This document shows positions 53,853 to 64,000 of a stretch of DNA of 64,000 nucleotides, one piece after another. The stretch comes from a bacterium (GTDB lineage Bacteria; Zhuqueibacterota; Zhuqueibacteria; Zhuqueibacterales; Zhuqueibacteraceae): NCBI GenBank assembly GCA_044869275.1, contig JBIOXB010000223.1:64001-128000 (forward strand), in the 5' to 3' direction. Position 1 is the first letter of the stretch. Each line of letters begins with the position of its first letter. Below the pieces are notes generated by a model, which was not told the origin of the DNA, did not search any database, and was given only the letters and a program-made list of their open reading frames with translations. Made by a program: the position numbers and the translations under genes.

Positions 53853-56750
53853 ATGATCGGCCGAACGATCTCTCATTACAAAATCATCGAAAAGCTCGGC
53901 GGCGGCGGAATGGGTGTGGTCTATAAAGCTGAAGATACCAAACTCAAGCGTCTGGTTGCTCTCAAGTTCCTGCCCCTGGATTTGGTCCGCGACGATGATG
54001 CCAAAGAGCGCTTCGTACATGAGGCGCAGGCGGCCTCAGCTCTGGATCATCCCAACATTTGCACCGTCCACGAAATCGCCGAGGCCGACGACGGCCAACT
54101 ATTTATTTGCATGGCGCATTATGAAGGCGAAACCCTGAAAAAGAAAATCGAGTCCCATTTGGTGGGACTGCCGGTTGAACAGGTAATTGACTATGCAGCG
54201 CAAACAGCGCAGGGTTTGGCCAAAGCACACAGTAAAGCGATCGTTCATCGGGACATCAAACCGGCGAACCTCATGGTGACGGACGAAGGCGTCGTCAAGA
54301 TTGTCGATTTCGGACTGGCAAAACTGGCCGGAAGGACAAAGATCACCAGGAGTGGAACCACCCTGGGGACAGTCGCCTACATGTCACCCGAGCAAGCACA
54401 GGGCACGGACGTTGATCATCGCACTGATATTTGGTCATTGGGCGTCGTGCTCTATGAGATGTTGACTGGTCAACTGCCGTTCAAAGGAGAGTACGAGCAC
54501 GCTGTCATCTACGGCATCGTGAATCTCGATCCCGCACCGATAACAAAATTCCGTTCCGATGCACCATCGGAATTGGAGCTTATTGTAAAGAAGGCTCTGG
54601 CCAAGAAACTCGATGATCGCTATCAATCTGCCGCTGATTTATTGCTCGATTTGCGCAAGTTGCAGCGCGCTTCGAATGGGAAGCGTGTTGTCCCAGAAAT
54701 TCATTCAAAGAGAACAAAAGGCCAGCGCTCGTTGTTCGTGGCCTCTGCCATTGCTCTAGGGCTCTGCGCGCTGGCAATCGCCTCGTATTTGCTTTTAGGA
54801 AGGGAGGCCAAGAGCAATGATCGTATTCCCATAGCGGTGGTGGATTTCATCAATCAAACGGGTGAAAAAGAGCTGGATGGCCTTTCCGGCATGTTGATCA
54901 CCGCGCTGGAACAATCTCGGCGGCTTTCGGTCATGACGCGGCCGCGCATGCTAGACATTCTCAAGCAACTAGGAAAAAAAGATATCGATCGCATCGATGA
55001 AACCCTGGCGCGGGAAATTTGCAGCTATGCCAAAGTCTCTGCCCTGGCTATCCCAACCATCCAAAAGTTTGATGACCGCTACGTAGTGGATTTGAAAGTC
55101 GTGGATCCTCTGCAAGAAGTTTATCTTTTTGCTGAAAAAGTCGATGACACGGGGCGAGCGCAGCTCCCGGATTTGATCGACAAACTTGCCGAGAAAACCA
55201 GAACCGGCTTACGAGTGCAAACCACTAATGAAACAAAGATGCGGCCGGTTGCCGATTTGACCACAACCAATATGGAAGCATACGCACATTATTTTCGAGG
55301 CGAGCAGCTTATCAGCAAATTTGAATTTGTGCCTGCGCGCGCCGAGTTTAAGAAAGCCATTGGCTTGGACTCCGCCTTTGCTTTGGCTTATTATCAACTG
55401 GCGTATTGTTACGCTTGGCATTTCGTCACGGACAGCGCCAAAGCGCCTATGCAAAAGGCTTTGCAATATGTTGACAAAGCACCCGAAAAAGAGCAGCATT
55501 TGATTCGCGCGCTGGCAGCAGAGATCGACGGCAACAGTGATAAAGTCATTGCACTTTCACGAGAACTGGTAGATCGTTTTCCCAATGAGAAATCGGTGCT
55601 CTTTCGCATGGGGGATACCTACTGGCACTTCACCTCTGAGATTGAAACGGCGCGCCAATATTTTGAAAAAGTCGTGGCTTTGGATCCGTTTTTCGACCCT
55701 GCTTGGGTGCACATATATGATATTTACGAATTTGCCGAGCAGTATGACAGGCTATTGCCGTTAAGCAAACAGCACTATGAAAAAACACATTTTTATGGTC
55801 AATGGACATTATTTTTCGAACTTAGAGGTTACTGGCGGTTGGGAGAATTCCTCAAAGCGCGAGATACGATCAAAAAGCATAAAGAGCTATATCCTAATGA
55901 GGCAAGTTTTGTCGCAGATTTGTATGATACGTATGTACTTGAAAATGACTACCAAAAAGCAGAAGCCGAAGCGCAGCGACTGCTCGTTGCCTCGCAGCAG
56001 CAGCAAGGGTATTTGCTTATAGGCTATCTCTATCCCTATTGGGGCAAATACCGAGAAGCCTTACAAGCATGCAATATGGCGATTTCGCAAGATTTAAAGG
56101 CAGGCAGAATCGCTTCAGCTACGAGGAAGCGCGCCGTTAATGCATTTATGCTCGTTGCAGGTTGCGGCGACAAAGACAAAGCGAGAACTGAAGTTCAGGA
56201 AGTACTAAAAAATGGTTCTGCCATGGAAATGTTTGCTTCTATGCATCTTCTCATTACTTATGTGATGCTGGGTGAATATGATGCGGCTCGTTCTCTCGCT
56301 AAAACGCATGGCTCATCGGGCAGGAGTTTGGAGTGGCGACTACGCTTTGTGGATGCATACGAACATATTTCCAAGCAGGAATACAGTGAAGCTATTGAAG
56401 ATTTCGAAGCTACGACTTCGAGCTTACGATTTGATGGCTTGTTCAAAAAATACCTGCAAGCGGAATGTCATTTTGCCGCGGGACAATATGATCAGGCCAT
56501 TGCCACCCTGCAAAAAGTCCTCGGTCGACACGAGAACACCTATTGTTTCCGCGCGGTTGCCTATCCCAAAGCGCTTCTTCTTCTCGGAAAAACTCATGAG
56601 CAAAGGAGAGAGCCCCACCTTGCTATCGAGAACTACGAAAAGCTTTTGAAGATGTGGAAGGATGCCGATGAAGATTTGCCTGATCTAATCGATGCCAAAG
56701 CACGGCTGGCGAGGTTGAAAACGAATTTACCTCTTGAAATTCATCATTGA
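53853..56750 (+). CDS. Hanks-type Ser/Thr protein kinase with TM, TolB_N/FlgO-like domain and TPR repeats
   Basis: GGGGMGVVY, VALK, HRDIKPAN, DFG, YMSPEQ, DIWSLG; helical TPR-like C-terminus. Confidence 0.93.
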   Translation: MIGRTISHYKIIEKLGGGGMGVVYKAEDTKLKRLVALKFLPLDLVRDDDAKERFVHEAQAASALDHPNICTVHEIAEADDGQLFICMAHYEGETLKKKIESHLVGLPVEQVIDYAAQTAQGLAKAHSKAIVHRDIKPANLMVTDEGVVKIVDFGLAKLAGRTKITRSGTTLGTVAYMSPEQAQGTDVDHRTDIWSLGVVLYEMLTGQLPFKGEYEHAVIYGIVNLDPAPITKFRSDAPSELELIVKKALAKKLDDRYQSAADLLLDLRKLQRASNGKRVVPEIHSKRTKGQRSLFVASAIALGLCALAIASYLLLGREAKSNDRIPIAVVDFINQTGEKELDGLSGMLITALEQSRRLSVMTRPRMLDILKQLGKKDIDRIDETLAREICSYAKVSALAIPTIQKFDDRYVVDLKVVDPLQEVYLFAEKVDDTGRAQLPDLIDKLAEKTRTGLRVQTTNETKMRPVADLTTTNMEAYAHYFRGEQLISKFEFVPARAEFKKAIGLDSAFALAYYQLAYCYAWHFVTDSAKAPMQKALQYVDKAPEKEQHLIRALAAEIDGNSDKVIALSRELVDRFPNEKSVLFRMGDTYWHFTSEIETARQYFEKVVALDPFFDPAWVHIYDIYEFAEQYDRLLPLSKQHYEKTHFYGQWTLFFELRGYWRLGEFLKARDTIKKHKELYPNEASFVADLYDTYVLENDYQKAEAEAQRLLVASQQQQGYLLIGYLYPYWGKYREALQACNMAISQDLKAGRIASATRKRAVNAFMLVAGCGDKDKARTEVQEVLKNGSAMEMFASMHLLITYVMLGEYDAARSLAKTHGSSGRSLEWRLRFVDAYEHISKQEYSEAIEDFEATTSSLRFDGLFKKYLQAECHFAAGQYDQAIATLQKVLGRHENTYCFRAVAYPKALLLLGKTHEQRREPHLAIENYEKLLKMWKDADEDLPDLIDAKARLARLKTNLPLEIHH

Positions 56751-56777
56751 TAAGAGCGGGACGACAGGCATTTTTCA

Positions 56778-57071
56778 TCAAACCGAGGGTCGCATATTTT
56801 CTTGAATTTTTTCGCGCAGCCAATTCTCAACGAGCCGTGTGGCCGAGAGGCCGTGACGGCGAGCAATGCCCCGTATCTGCCGGCTCATTTGTTTCCTAAT
56901 CGAAATCGTTTCAATCCTGTTTTCATCGGATCCGCTCAAAAGGATTTCCAAATCTGGGGAGACGGCGAATTTCGTGGGCTTGTTGCGCAAGTCCGCGGTG
57001 GAGTGGTTATCCAACCATTCGCCGGCTTCTTTGTAGCTCGCAAAATCAGGTAAATCTCTACGCTTTGGCAT
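56778..57071 (-). CDS. CopG/BrnA-like antitoxin
   Basis: LPDFASYKEAGEWLDNHSTAD...ISIR...IARRHGLSATRLVENWLREK; overlaps the toxin stop. Confidence 0.8.
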   Translation of the reverse strand: MPKRRDLPDFASYKEAGEWLDNHSTADLRNKPTKFAVSPDLEILLSGSDENRIETISIRKQMSRQIRGIARRHGLSATRLVENWLREKIQENMRPSV

Positions 57072-57345
57072 ATCGTCTTCTCTGCCGATGATCCATGTCG
57101 CGTGCACTTATCACCAGCGCAACTTGATTGGGTTTATAGATGAAGAAAATGCTCAAGTATCGTCCCGCCTCGCTCCGGCCATAGGCTCCGAATAGATCTT
57201 CACCGGAAACACGCCCTTTTTCTAATTTCCTGAAGGATGTTCTCCGAGATAGAAAAACCTCACGCAGCTCATTCTCTGTAATACGATGTTTGCGTCGAAT
57301 CTTGTCTGCATATTCATATCAGATGATGACGCGCTTAATATGCAT
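57058..57345 (-). pseudogene. BrnT-family toxin with an in-frame TGA at codon 9 (absent from the ORF track)
   Basis: Manual translation: MHIKRVII*YEYADKIRRKHRITENELREVF...GEDLFGAYGRSEAGRYLSIFFIYKPNQVALVISARDMDHRQRRRYAKA. Confidence 0.85.
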
Positions 57346-57508
57346 TCCTGATCCCCTCAACTTGACGACGGAATCTAATGAACACCCTCTTGCAGAGCAA
57401 TTAATTTCTTGGCACTTTCCTCTTTTCTGTTCACGCCTCCTTGCTTTTCTCCCTCACACCTTTTAGATTGTTTACTGTCTGAACTCTTTTTCCGTTCATC
57501 TCATCGGA

Positions 57509-58789
57509 GTGAAAATGACCAACTCAAAACACCTTTGGGGTTTGAGCATTATTTTAGCCGCATGCAATTTATCCTGCGGCAGCGCGAGGATTTCTGAAGA
57601 GGAGTTGAGCAAAAACGCCGCGGTGATTCACGAGCGCGTGCTCACACTCGACACGCACATCGACTGGCCCTCACGGCAATTCCGCACCCCGGGCTTCGTT
57701 CCCGGCGAGCGCCACGAGCCGAAAAAACGCCAAAGCGGACAATGGGATTTGGTGCGCATGAAAGAAGGCGGACTGGACGCCGTGTTCATGTCCATCTTCA
57801 CCGCACAAGGCCCGCGCAATGAAGAAGGCCATCGCAAGGCCAAGGAGCATGCGCTCAAATTGATCCAGCTCACCCAGGAATTGATCGCGGATTATCCCGA
57901 ACAAACCGGACTGGCGTTCACTGCTGACGAAGTCGAGCGCATTGTCCAAAATGGCAGCCGTGCCATTCTGCTGGGCATGGAAAACGGCTATCCGATGGGT
58001 GAAGACGTAAAAAATGTGGAATTGTTTTTCAATCTCGGCGTGCGATACATCACCCTGACGCATTCGCGCAACAACGAATTGGGTGATTCCTCCACCGATC
58101 CGACACAGGAATGGGACGGCCTCAGCCCGCTGGGCGAACAAGTGGTGCGCGAGATGAATCGCCTTGGCATCATGGTTGACATTTCGCACGTGCACGACGA
58201 TACCTTTTGGGACGTGATGAAAATCGTGCAAGCGCCGGTGATCGCCTCGCATTCCAGTGCGTGGACCGTGAATGAACACGCGCGCAATATGAAAGATGAC
58301 ATGCTGAAGGAAGTGGCGAAGAACGGCGGCGTGGTGCAAGTTTGCCTGCTGGGCGAATTTATCAAGAAAATGCCGCAGAATCCCCAGCGCGAGGAAGCCA
58401 TGAAACCGTTGCGAGAAATGCGCGACAGATGGCGCAAAGGTGAATTGACGGAGGAGGAAGAAGAAAAGATGTGGCAAGCGACCGCCGAGTTGAATGAAAA
58501 ATTTCCACCGAATCGCCCGAGCTTAAAAGACGGCGTCGATCACCTCGACCACATGGTGAAGATTATGGGCGTGGACCACGTCGGCATCGGGTCGGATTTT
58601 GACGGCGGCGGCGGGTTGATCGATATTGACGATGTTTCCGAAATGCCGAACATGACGAAAGAATTGCTGCGGCGCGGCTATTCCGAGGATGATATTCGGA
58701 AGATTTGGGGTGGAAATTTATTGCGCGTGATGCGCGGTGTGGAGGCAGCGGCCAGGAAACTGCAACAAAATGGCAGACGCTCGGAATGA
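57509..58789 (+). CDS. Membrane dipeptidase (peptidase M19), probable lipoprotein
   Basis: LDTHID, GMENG, LTHSRNN, VDISH, ASHS, GIGSDFDG. Confidence 0.92.
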   Translation: MKMTNSKHLWGLSIILAACNLSCGSARISEEELSKNAAVIHERVLTLDTHIDWPSRQFRTPGFVPGERHEPKKRQSGQWDLVRMKEGGLDAVFMSIFTAQGPRNEEGHRKAKEHALKLIQLTQELIADYPEQTGLAFTADEVERIVQNGSRAILLGMENGYPMGEDVKNVELFFNLGVRYITLTHSRNNELGDSSTDPTQEWDGLSPLGEQVVREMNRLGIMVDISHVHDDTFWDVMKIVQAPVIASHSSAWTVNEHARNMKDDMLKEVAKNGGVVQVCLLGEFIKKMPQNPQREEAMKPLREMRDRWRKGELTEEEEEKMWQATAELNEKFPPNRPSLKDGVDHLDHMVKIMGVDHVGIGSDFDGGGGLIDIDDVSEMPNMTKELLRRGYSEDDIRKIWGGNLLRVMRGVEAAARKLQQNGRRSE

Positions 58790-58922
58790 AATCAGCCCCG
58801 CTGGTGAAAGTCCTGGCCCTGGCGCGGGCCCTTCTGTTCGAATGAAGAGCGCACGCGCATAGGCCAGGAATTGGAGCCGCAAGAAAATATGCGTTGAAAC
58901 TGATTTTCGCAGCGCTTTTGAC

Positions 58923-59519
58923 TCAGCGCTTCTGGCCGCCCAACAGCGTTCCGAGCAACCCGCCCAGCAATCCGCCTGCTCCCGCTTGCGAACCCTGACC
59001 GCCACCCATGCCGTGCGTGAGAAAACCCGCGACGTCATCCAATATATTGCCGTCACCGTTTTGATCGATCAAATTCGCAATCCCTGCCGAACCGGCGCCG
59101 CCGGTGTTGCGCGTGCGGCTCAACATGCCGAGCAGAATCGGCGCCAGCATGGGAATGATTTTGGTTGCGGTGTTCATATCCAAATTGAAATTCTTGGCCA
59201 GCATATTGGCGGCTTGCGTCCCCGCATCGCCGAGCAATCCGCCCAATTGGGGATCGGCGTTCTGGCTGCCCGCCATGTTTTGAAACAGCCCGCCAATGTC
59301 GTCGAGCACGCTATCGTCGCCGTATTTGTTCAAAATATGATCCACACGCGGCGCGCCGCCGCGTTGCTCCATTTGCCGTTTCAAGCCGCCGAGAATCAAC
59401 GGCGCCACTTGCGGGAGAATTTGATCGGCCGTACCACGGTCAATGCCGAGGTGCGAAGAAAGCTGCTGCGCCACCTCCGGCGCCATGGATCCGACGAGTT
59501 GTTCGAAAAAGTCGTTCAC
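58923..59519 (-). CDS. DUF937 domain protein
   Basis: Gly/Leu-rich helical protein, MLAPILLG, LIDQNGDGNILDDV. Confidence 0.75.
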   Translation of the reverse strand: MNDFFEQLVGSMAPEVAQQLSSHLGIDRGTADQILPQVAPLILGGLKRQMEQRGGAPRVDHILNKYGDDSVLDDIGGLFQNMAGSQNADPQLGGLLGDAGTQAANMLAKNFNLDMNTATKIIPMLAPILLGMLSRTRNTGGAGSAGIANLIDQNGDGNILDDVAGFLTHGMGGGQGSQAGAGGLLGGLLGTLLGGQKR

Positions 59520-59796
59520 GAAATCACCTGCTGAAGATTGGGTCCATCATGAAAAACCTGCCCGTTTGAAACGCCTCTCCAGCGAGACATTTTTCAGGAA
59601 TATCAGGCGGGAGGAGCCTTGTCCGTCGTTGCGCGCCCGCGCAAGTGCAGAACGCCTCCGGTTTTGCGCCAGGTTCGCGCGGCGTGACATTTTCTCAATG
59701 GTATCAATTCTGGCACGATAAAACAAGCGAAAACTCACCTTAAGAGGGCCGGTGGATGCGCACGCCCATGGCATGTGCAGAACTGTTTTGACGCGC

Positions 59797-60834
59797 TCAG
59801 AATCTGCTCAGGATGAATGCCGCCAGCGCAATGAAGGCACACAGCATAACTCCGAGCCACATCTGCTGCATTCTGGCGTGAACAGTTTCGTCCCTGGAGT
59901 CTAGCAGATTTTGCAGCTCCGAGTTTTGCAACGAGATTTCATTCACTTCCTCATGAATTTGTTGTTGAAACTTGCCGAGCGTATCGCCCATGGTTCTTTT
60001 GAGCGCATCGGTGATTGCAGCAATGCGTAGCTCATTGCTGTCTTGCTCCGCTTGAACTTTTTCCTCCATTTCCCTCACTTGTCGCTGCATGGCTTTGGTC
60101 TCGTTCTCCACTGAGACTTCCATCGCATTAACGGAAGAGTGAAAGGTGTCATAAGCGACGTGCATGCGGCGATAAACCTTGTTGATTTGCTCCATATGCT
60201 CAAAATGCTTGCTGCTAAACTTTTCGAAACGGTTATCCAGGTCGCTGGCGCGTGAATTGAAAGCCCGGTGCAGCTCGGCGATGGCATTGTTGAGTTTTTC
60301 GGCCAGGCTTTGCGCATGCTCGATGCTCGCCTTTTTGTATCTGGCGGCGGAGGATTCCAGCGCCTCAATCTTGTCATGCACCTCCCCTGCAATAGACCGG
60401 TCGAGATCAGAACCCAGCGTTTCCATGGTTTGTAACTTTTCATGGAACTCACTGCGCAGCTGATTTACAATCAGATCGAGCTCACGAGGAGAATCCCGCA
60501 GTTGTGCACCGTCATCATTCTGCCATCGCGCGAGAGCTTCAGACGCGGCTTGCAAGGCACGCTGAGAATCCTCTTGAAAGCTTCGCAGCGATTGCAACAG
60601 TTCCTGTTTTAAAGCATGGCCATCGGCATCAAGCGTTAGCATGACAGACTTCAGATCATTCGACCATTGCTCCGCTTCATCGCGCTTCTGCTCGAGGCCG
60701 GCCATTGACGCCGACATCGCCGCCCGCAGCTCTTTGAGCTCGTTGGCGAGATCAGATAGACCCTGGCGTTCTTTTTCGAGTTTTTCCAAGCGCTCGCGTA
60801 CCGCTTCGATTTCCAATGGACTGGTATCCGTCAT
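59797..60834 (-). CDS. Coiled-coil protein with C-terminal membrane anchor
   Basis: Heptad-rich E/L/Q composition and a terminal hydrophobic helix. Confidence 0.7.
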   Translation of the reverse strand: MTDTSPLEIEAVRERLEKLEKERQGLSDLANELKELRAAMSASMAGLEQKRDEAEQWSNDLKSVMLTLDADGHALKQELLQSLRSFQEDSQRALQAASEALARWQNDDGAQLRDSPRELDLIVNQLRSEFHEKLQTMETLGSDLDRSIAGEVHDKIEALESSAARYKKASIEHAQSLAEKLNNAIAELHRAFNSRASDLDNRFEKFSSKHFEHMEQINKVYRRMHVAYDTFHSSVNAMEVSVENETKAMQRQVREMEEKVQAEQDSNELRIAAITDALKRTMGDTLGKFQQQIHEEVNEISLQNSELQNLLDSRDETVHARMQQMWLGVMLCAFIALAAFILSRF

Positions 60835-61549
60835 GTGTTGCCTCGCTACTTTGCAAGTGCATTCTGCACCGCTTGATCTTCAATGCATTGCTGGGTCGTT
60901 GCCCGGAATCGCTCAATGCGGCGATTGGCCGCTAAGCAAAGCTTCTCGCCCAATTCCGGCGTTGTTGCTTCCGCTTCTCATTCGAATCATACGTGCGATG
61001 ATCTCCAGAATCTCTTGCTGTACCAAAACCAAGCTTTGGGTTGGTCGAATCCTGGCGAGACGCTTCAGACTTCGAAGGCCGCTGGAGTCGCTTGGGGCTG
61101 CCCCATTGACACCTGGGACCGTCAGTCCATAACAAGTGAAATCTGTGCTTTTTGAGCAAAGAAACCCAAAATCCAAAGCTCAAAATTCAATACCACCTTT
61201 GGGCTTTGTATTTTGAGTTTTTCGTTTCCGGCTTGTCCGGGTTAGGCTTAGCTAAGCTTCTATACCAGCAATATCGTCAGTTTGCGAATACAGTTTTGTG
61301 GCAGGAATTTGGAATTGAAGCATCAGAAGACGATATTATCGGCAGCTTAAATGATGCCACATTTATTCAGCAATGGGAAATCCCCGTTTCATCGCAACAA
61401 CGGAGTGACAACCAACTCCAAATTTTATGGCTGCATATGGAGCAATTTCACGGCGAACAAAATACACCTTGCTTTTAAGAGAAAATTGTGTGATTTTTGA
61501 GGGAGTTTAATTGTGCAGCAACCGCGGTCGTTGCACGCCGAAAGTTCAC

Positions 61550-61966
61550 ATGAATCCTTCTCGCAACAAAAATCTTGTCGTGGCGTTGCTGTTGATTACC
61601 AGTCTATTTCAAGGCTGGCCGTTGGTTGTCGCCACACAATGCAGCATGCTTACGGCCACGGCCCCAATCTGTGGAATGAAATCTGCTTGCTGCTGCGATG
61701 AACCCCAAAACCCGGGTGCGCCGGCCTATGCCAAATGCACCACCGCCAAGAGACTGGCCGGCATGCTGAGCACCGATCCCACGCTGTTGTCCACCAAGGA
61801 AAAAAATGAGAAATCTCTTCTGTCTTGCGTTTGTGACGGGGTGAGTTTCTCAAGGCTTCTCGCGGATGTCGCCTCACCCACTCACTTCTTATTGCACCCC
61901 CACCTGCCCGCCGGGCATCAAGACTTGCCTGCTGTTTTTCTTCTGGGTTGCGTTTTCCGTATTTGA
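61550..61966 (+). CDS. Cys/His-rich hypothetical protein upstream of the metal-efflux operon
   Basis: N-terminal hydrophobic segment, CGMKSACCC, ends LLGCVFRI. Confidence 0.6.
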   Translation: MNPSRNKNLVVALLLITSLFQGWPLVVATQCSMLTATAPICGMKSACCCDEPQNPGAPAYAKCTTAKRLAGMLSTDPTLLSTKEKNEKSLLSCVCDGVSFSRLLADVASPTHFLLHPHLPAGHQDLPAVFLLGCVFRI

Positions 61967-62170
61967 TCAAGCCTGCCTCGCGAAGTGACGGCAAATGGTG
62001 AAATAGCCCGTCGTCGCTTTCCGCTCTCTGATTCTCTTTCCATAAACAGAGTGTCCGCATCGTCGCCGTTCACGTCTCAGCAGGCGTGAGGGTGGTTCTG
62101 GTTTTGAGCGTATTTGTCAATGACTCTTGTGGCTGTATCAAGCATATGACGGCCTCCCGGGAGATGAGAT

Positions 62171-63418
62171 ATGCACAGATTCACATGGTATTTCATATTG
62201 CTATTTGCTCAGGCGATATGGTCGCAACCGCACAACACGGCCGCGAAGCTTCAGGATCTTCTGCGCGAAGCGAGCGAGCGTAATCCGGAAATTCTTGCGG
62301 CACAGAAAGGATGGCAGGCGGCGCAATCCCGGATCAAACCGGCCGGCACTCTTGCCGATCCGCAAATAGCGTTTCAGGCGATGTACGCGCCCTATCCACT
62401 CGACAATGTTTTCAACGGCGAACGCATCTTCACCTTCTCGCAGATGTTTGAATTTCCCGGCAAGCTCGGACTGATGTCCGGCATGGCGCGCAAGGAATCC
62501 GAGGCAGTGGGCGCGGATCTTGAAACCGTCCGCCTGCGCGTGCTAAAAGACGTGAAAGTAACCTACTTCATGCTTTACCGCGTGGATCGCGAGCTGGAGA
62601 TCAATGCCGAGAACCGCACCTTAATGAAGCAATTCATCGAAATCGCCAGCGTCAAGTATGCCACCGGCATGGGTCTGCAGCCGGACATCATCAAGGCGCA
62701 GGTGGAATATTCGATGCTGGTGAATGACAGCTTGATGCTGGGGCAGGAGCGCGGCTCGGCAGCGGCGATGCTCAACTCGTTGCTTAATCGCCCTCGTGAA
62801 ACTTCGGTGCCGCCAACGGTGGAATTTTTCGATCCGCGGCAGTTCACATTTTCGTTGGATTCTCTTGCGCAGAGAGCTTATGCGCAACGCCCTGAGCTGC
62901 GCAACATGCAGTCAATGGTGGAGATGTATCAACTCTCCGCGCGGCTGGCGCGCAAAGAATATATTCCGAATTTCATGCTCAGTTTTTCACACCGCCAAAT
63001 GCCGGACATGATGAAAAACTTCGATGCCATGATCTCGCTCAACCTGCCGATTTATTTCTGGCGCAAACAGACGCCACGCGTGCAAGAAGCCGAGGCCAAT
63101 TACAGTATGGCAACAGCCAGCCTGCAAGCCATGCGTAACATGGTGCGCTTTGAAGTGGAGAGCGCCTTCTTGAAAGTTGAGCAAGCCGGCCGCAGCGTGC
63201 GAATTTTTCAAAATACCATCGTGCCTCAGGCTGAACAATCCCTGCTCGCCAATCGCGCCGCGTATGAGACCAACAAGGTGGATTTTCTCATGCTGATCGA
63301 TAGCCAGCGCACTTTGCGTGACATGAAGCTGGCTTACTATCAGGCTCTCGCCGAGTTCGGCACGCGGCTGGCCGAACTCGAGCGCGTGGTCGGCGTGGAG
63401 TTGGCAAAAATGGATTGA
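62171..63418 (+). CDS. TolC-family outer-membrane efflux protein (CusC-like)
   Basis: NPEILAA, LADPQ, FEFPGKL, RPEL, NLPIY, Met-rich. Confidence 0.9.
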   Translation: MHRFTWYFILLFAQAIWSQPHNTAAKLQDLLREASERNPEILAAQKGWQAAQSRIKPAGTLADPQIAFQAMYAPYPLDNVFNGERIFTFSQMFEFPGKLGLMSGMARKESEAVGADLETVRLRVLKDVKVTYFMLYRVDRELEINAENRTLMKQFIEIASVKYATGMGLQPDIIKAQVEYSMLVNDSLMLGQERGSAAAMLNSLLNRPRETSVPPTVEFFDPRQFTFSLDSLAQRAYAQRPELRNMQSMVEMYQLSARLARKEYIPNFMLSFSHRQMPDMMKNFDAMISLNLPIYFWRKQTPRVQEAEANYSMATASLQAMRNMVRFEVESAFLKVEQAGRSVRIFQNTIVPQAEQSLLANRAAYETNKVDFLMLIDSQRTLRDMKLAYYQALAEFGTRLAELERVVGVELAKMD

Positions 63419-63566
63419 TGGAGTGCTGGAGTATTGGATTTCTCGATCATTGGATTGAAGGAGCTCTCACGCAGTAATTCAATGATCCATCTATCCAACA
63501 ATCCGGCACTGGAACGGCCAAATGAATTTATGAAATTGAAAGAGATCCATAGAGGAGCACAGCGTC

Positions 63567-64000
63567 ATGAAAAAGATTGTACTCGCCATCATTTTCAGCC
63601 TGACTTTGGGTTTGGGTGCCGGTTATTTCATCTTCCGACCGGCGACGGAAAGCGGCACGGCCTCGGAGCGCAGGATTCTCCACTACGTCGATCCGATGCA
63701 TCCGCAATACAAGTCTGACAAGCCCGGCACAGCGCCTGACTGCGGCATGGACTTGGTGCCGGTGTATGCTGACGAGCAGACGTCTTCAGCAGACGGCGCG
63801 AATATTCCTGGCGCGGTGAAAATCAGCGCGGAGAAACAGCAGCTCATCGGGGTTCAAACCGGCTTGGCAGAGTATCGAGACGTCCAAAAGGTGATTCGTA
63901 CCGTCGGAGAGATTACCTACGCCGAACCCAAGCAAGCCTATGTCACCACCAAATTTGAGGGCTACATCGAAGAGCTTTTCGTCGATTACACCGGCAAGCT
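63567..64000 (+). CDS. RND periplasmic adaptor (CusB-like) with heavy-metal-binding domain, 3' truncated by window edge
   Basis: Manual translation MKKIVLAIIF...YVDPMHPQYKSDKPGTAPDCGMDLVP...EGYIEELFVDYTGK; GAGGAG RBS. Confidence 0.9.
   Translation, partial: MKKIVLAIIFSLTLGLGAGYFIFRPATESGTASERRILHYVDPMHPQYKSDKPGTAPDCGMDLVPVYADEQTSSADGANIPGAVKISAEKQQLIGVQTGLAEYRDVQKVIRTVGEITYAEPKQAYVTTKFEGYIEELFVDYTGK

Noticed and set aside
57319..57321. Selenocysteine or alternative genetic code at the BrnT TGA
   Set aside because: TGA terminates many normal genes in this window, no SECIS is evident, and BrnT has no known Cys requirement there.
60883..61478. Short overlapping ORFs upstream of the coiled-coil gene
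   Set aside because: They overlap repeat modules and show no recognisable homology.

Overview
The window looks like it comes from an FCB-group bacterium. Secreted proteins end in QNYPNPFN-type C-termini and the 16S resembles KSB1/Calditrichota; the taxonomy is my inference. (1) Bases 1-38 kb are a signalling island. It holds four full-length beta-propeller/Y_Y_Y sensor histidine kinases, two kinase remnants, a REC-class III cyclase with guanylyl-type specificity residues, PrsW, an RsbW/RsbV pair, two REC-PP2C phosphatases, a single-domain REC and prpE. (2) Nested in it, at 16.8-28.6 kb, is a protease-rich cluster: a caspase-alpha/beta-hydrolase fusion, an orphan GH19 lysozyme with a Lys-rich tail, CHAT-STAND-TM-WD40, a secreted trypsin and a small VHL-like protein. 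Most of these carry [ST]-R-[GSA]-type linkers, suggesting an Arg-specific proteolytic cascade. (3) Next come an FGE-sulfatase/secreted-protein pair, OmpA and a complete rRNA operon (16S-Ile-Ala-23S-5S). (4) The last part has two toxin-antitoxin pairs (one toxin with a nonsense codon), a peptidase-PD40-BamA protein, a Ser/Thr kinase, a dipeptidase, DUF937 and the start of a Cus-like efflux operon. The most striking non-gene signal is a pervasive family of hairpins built from short-period (7, 8, 9, 15, 17-18 nt) degenerate tandem repeats. They sit between genes, in the rRNA spacer and in-frame at the same loop of paralogous kinases, and in one kinase remnant they coincide with its frameshifts.
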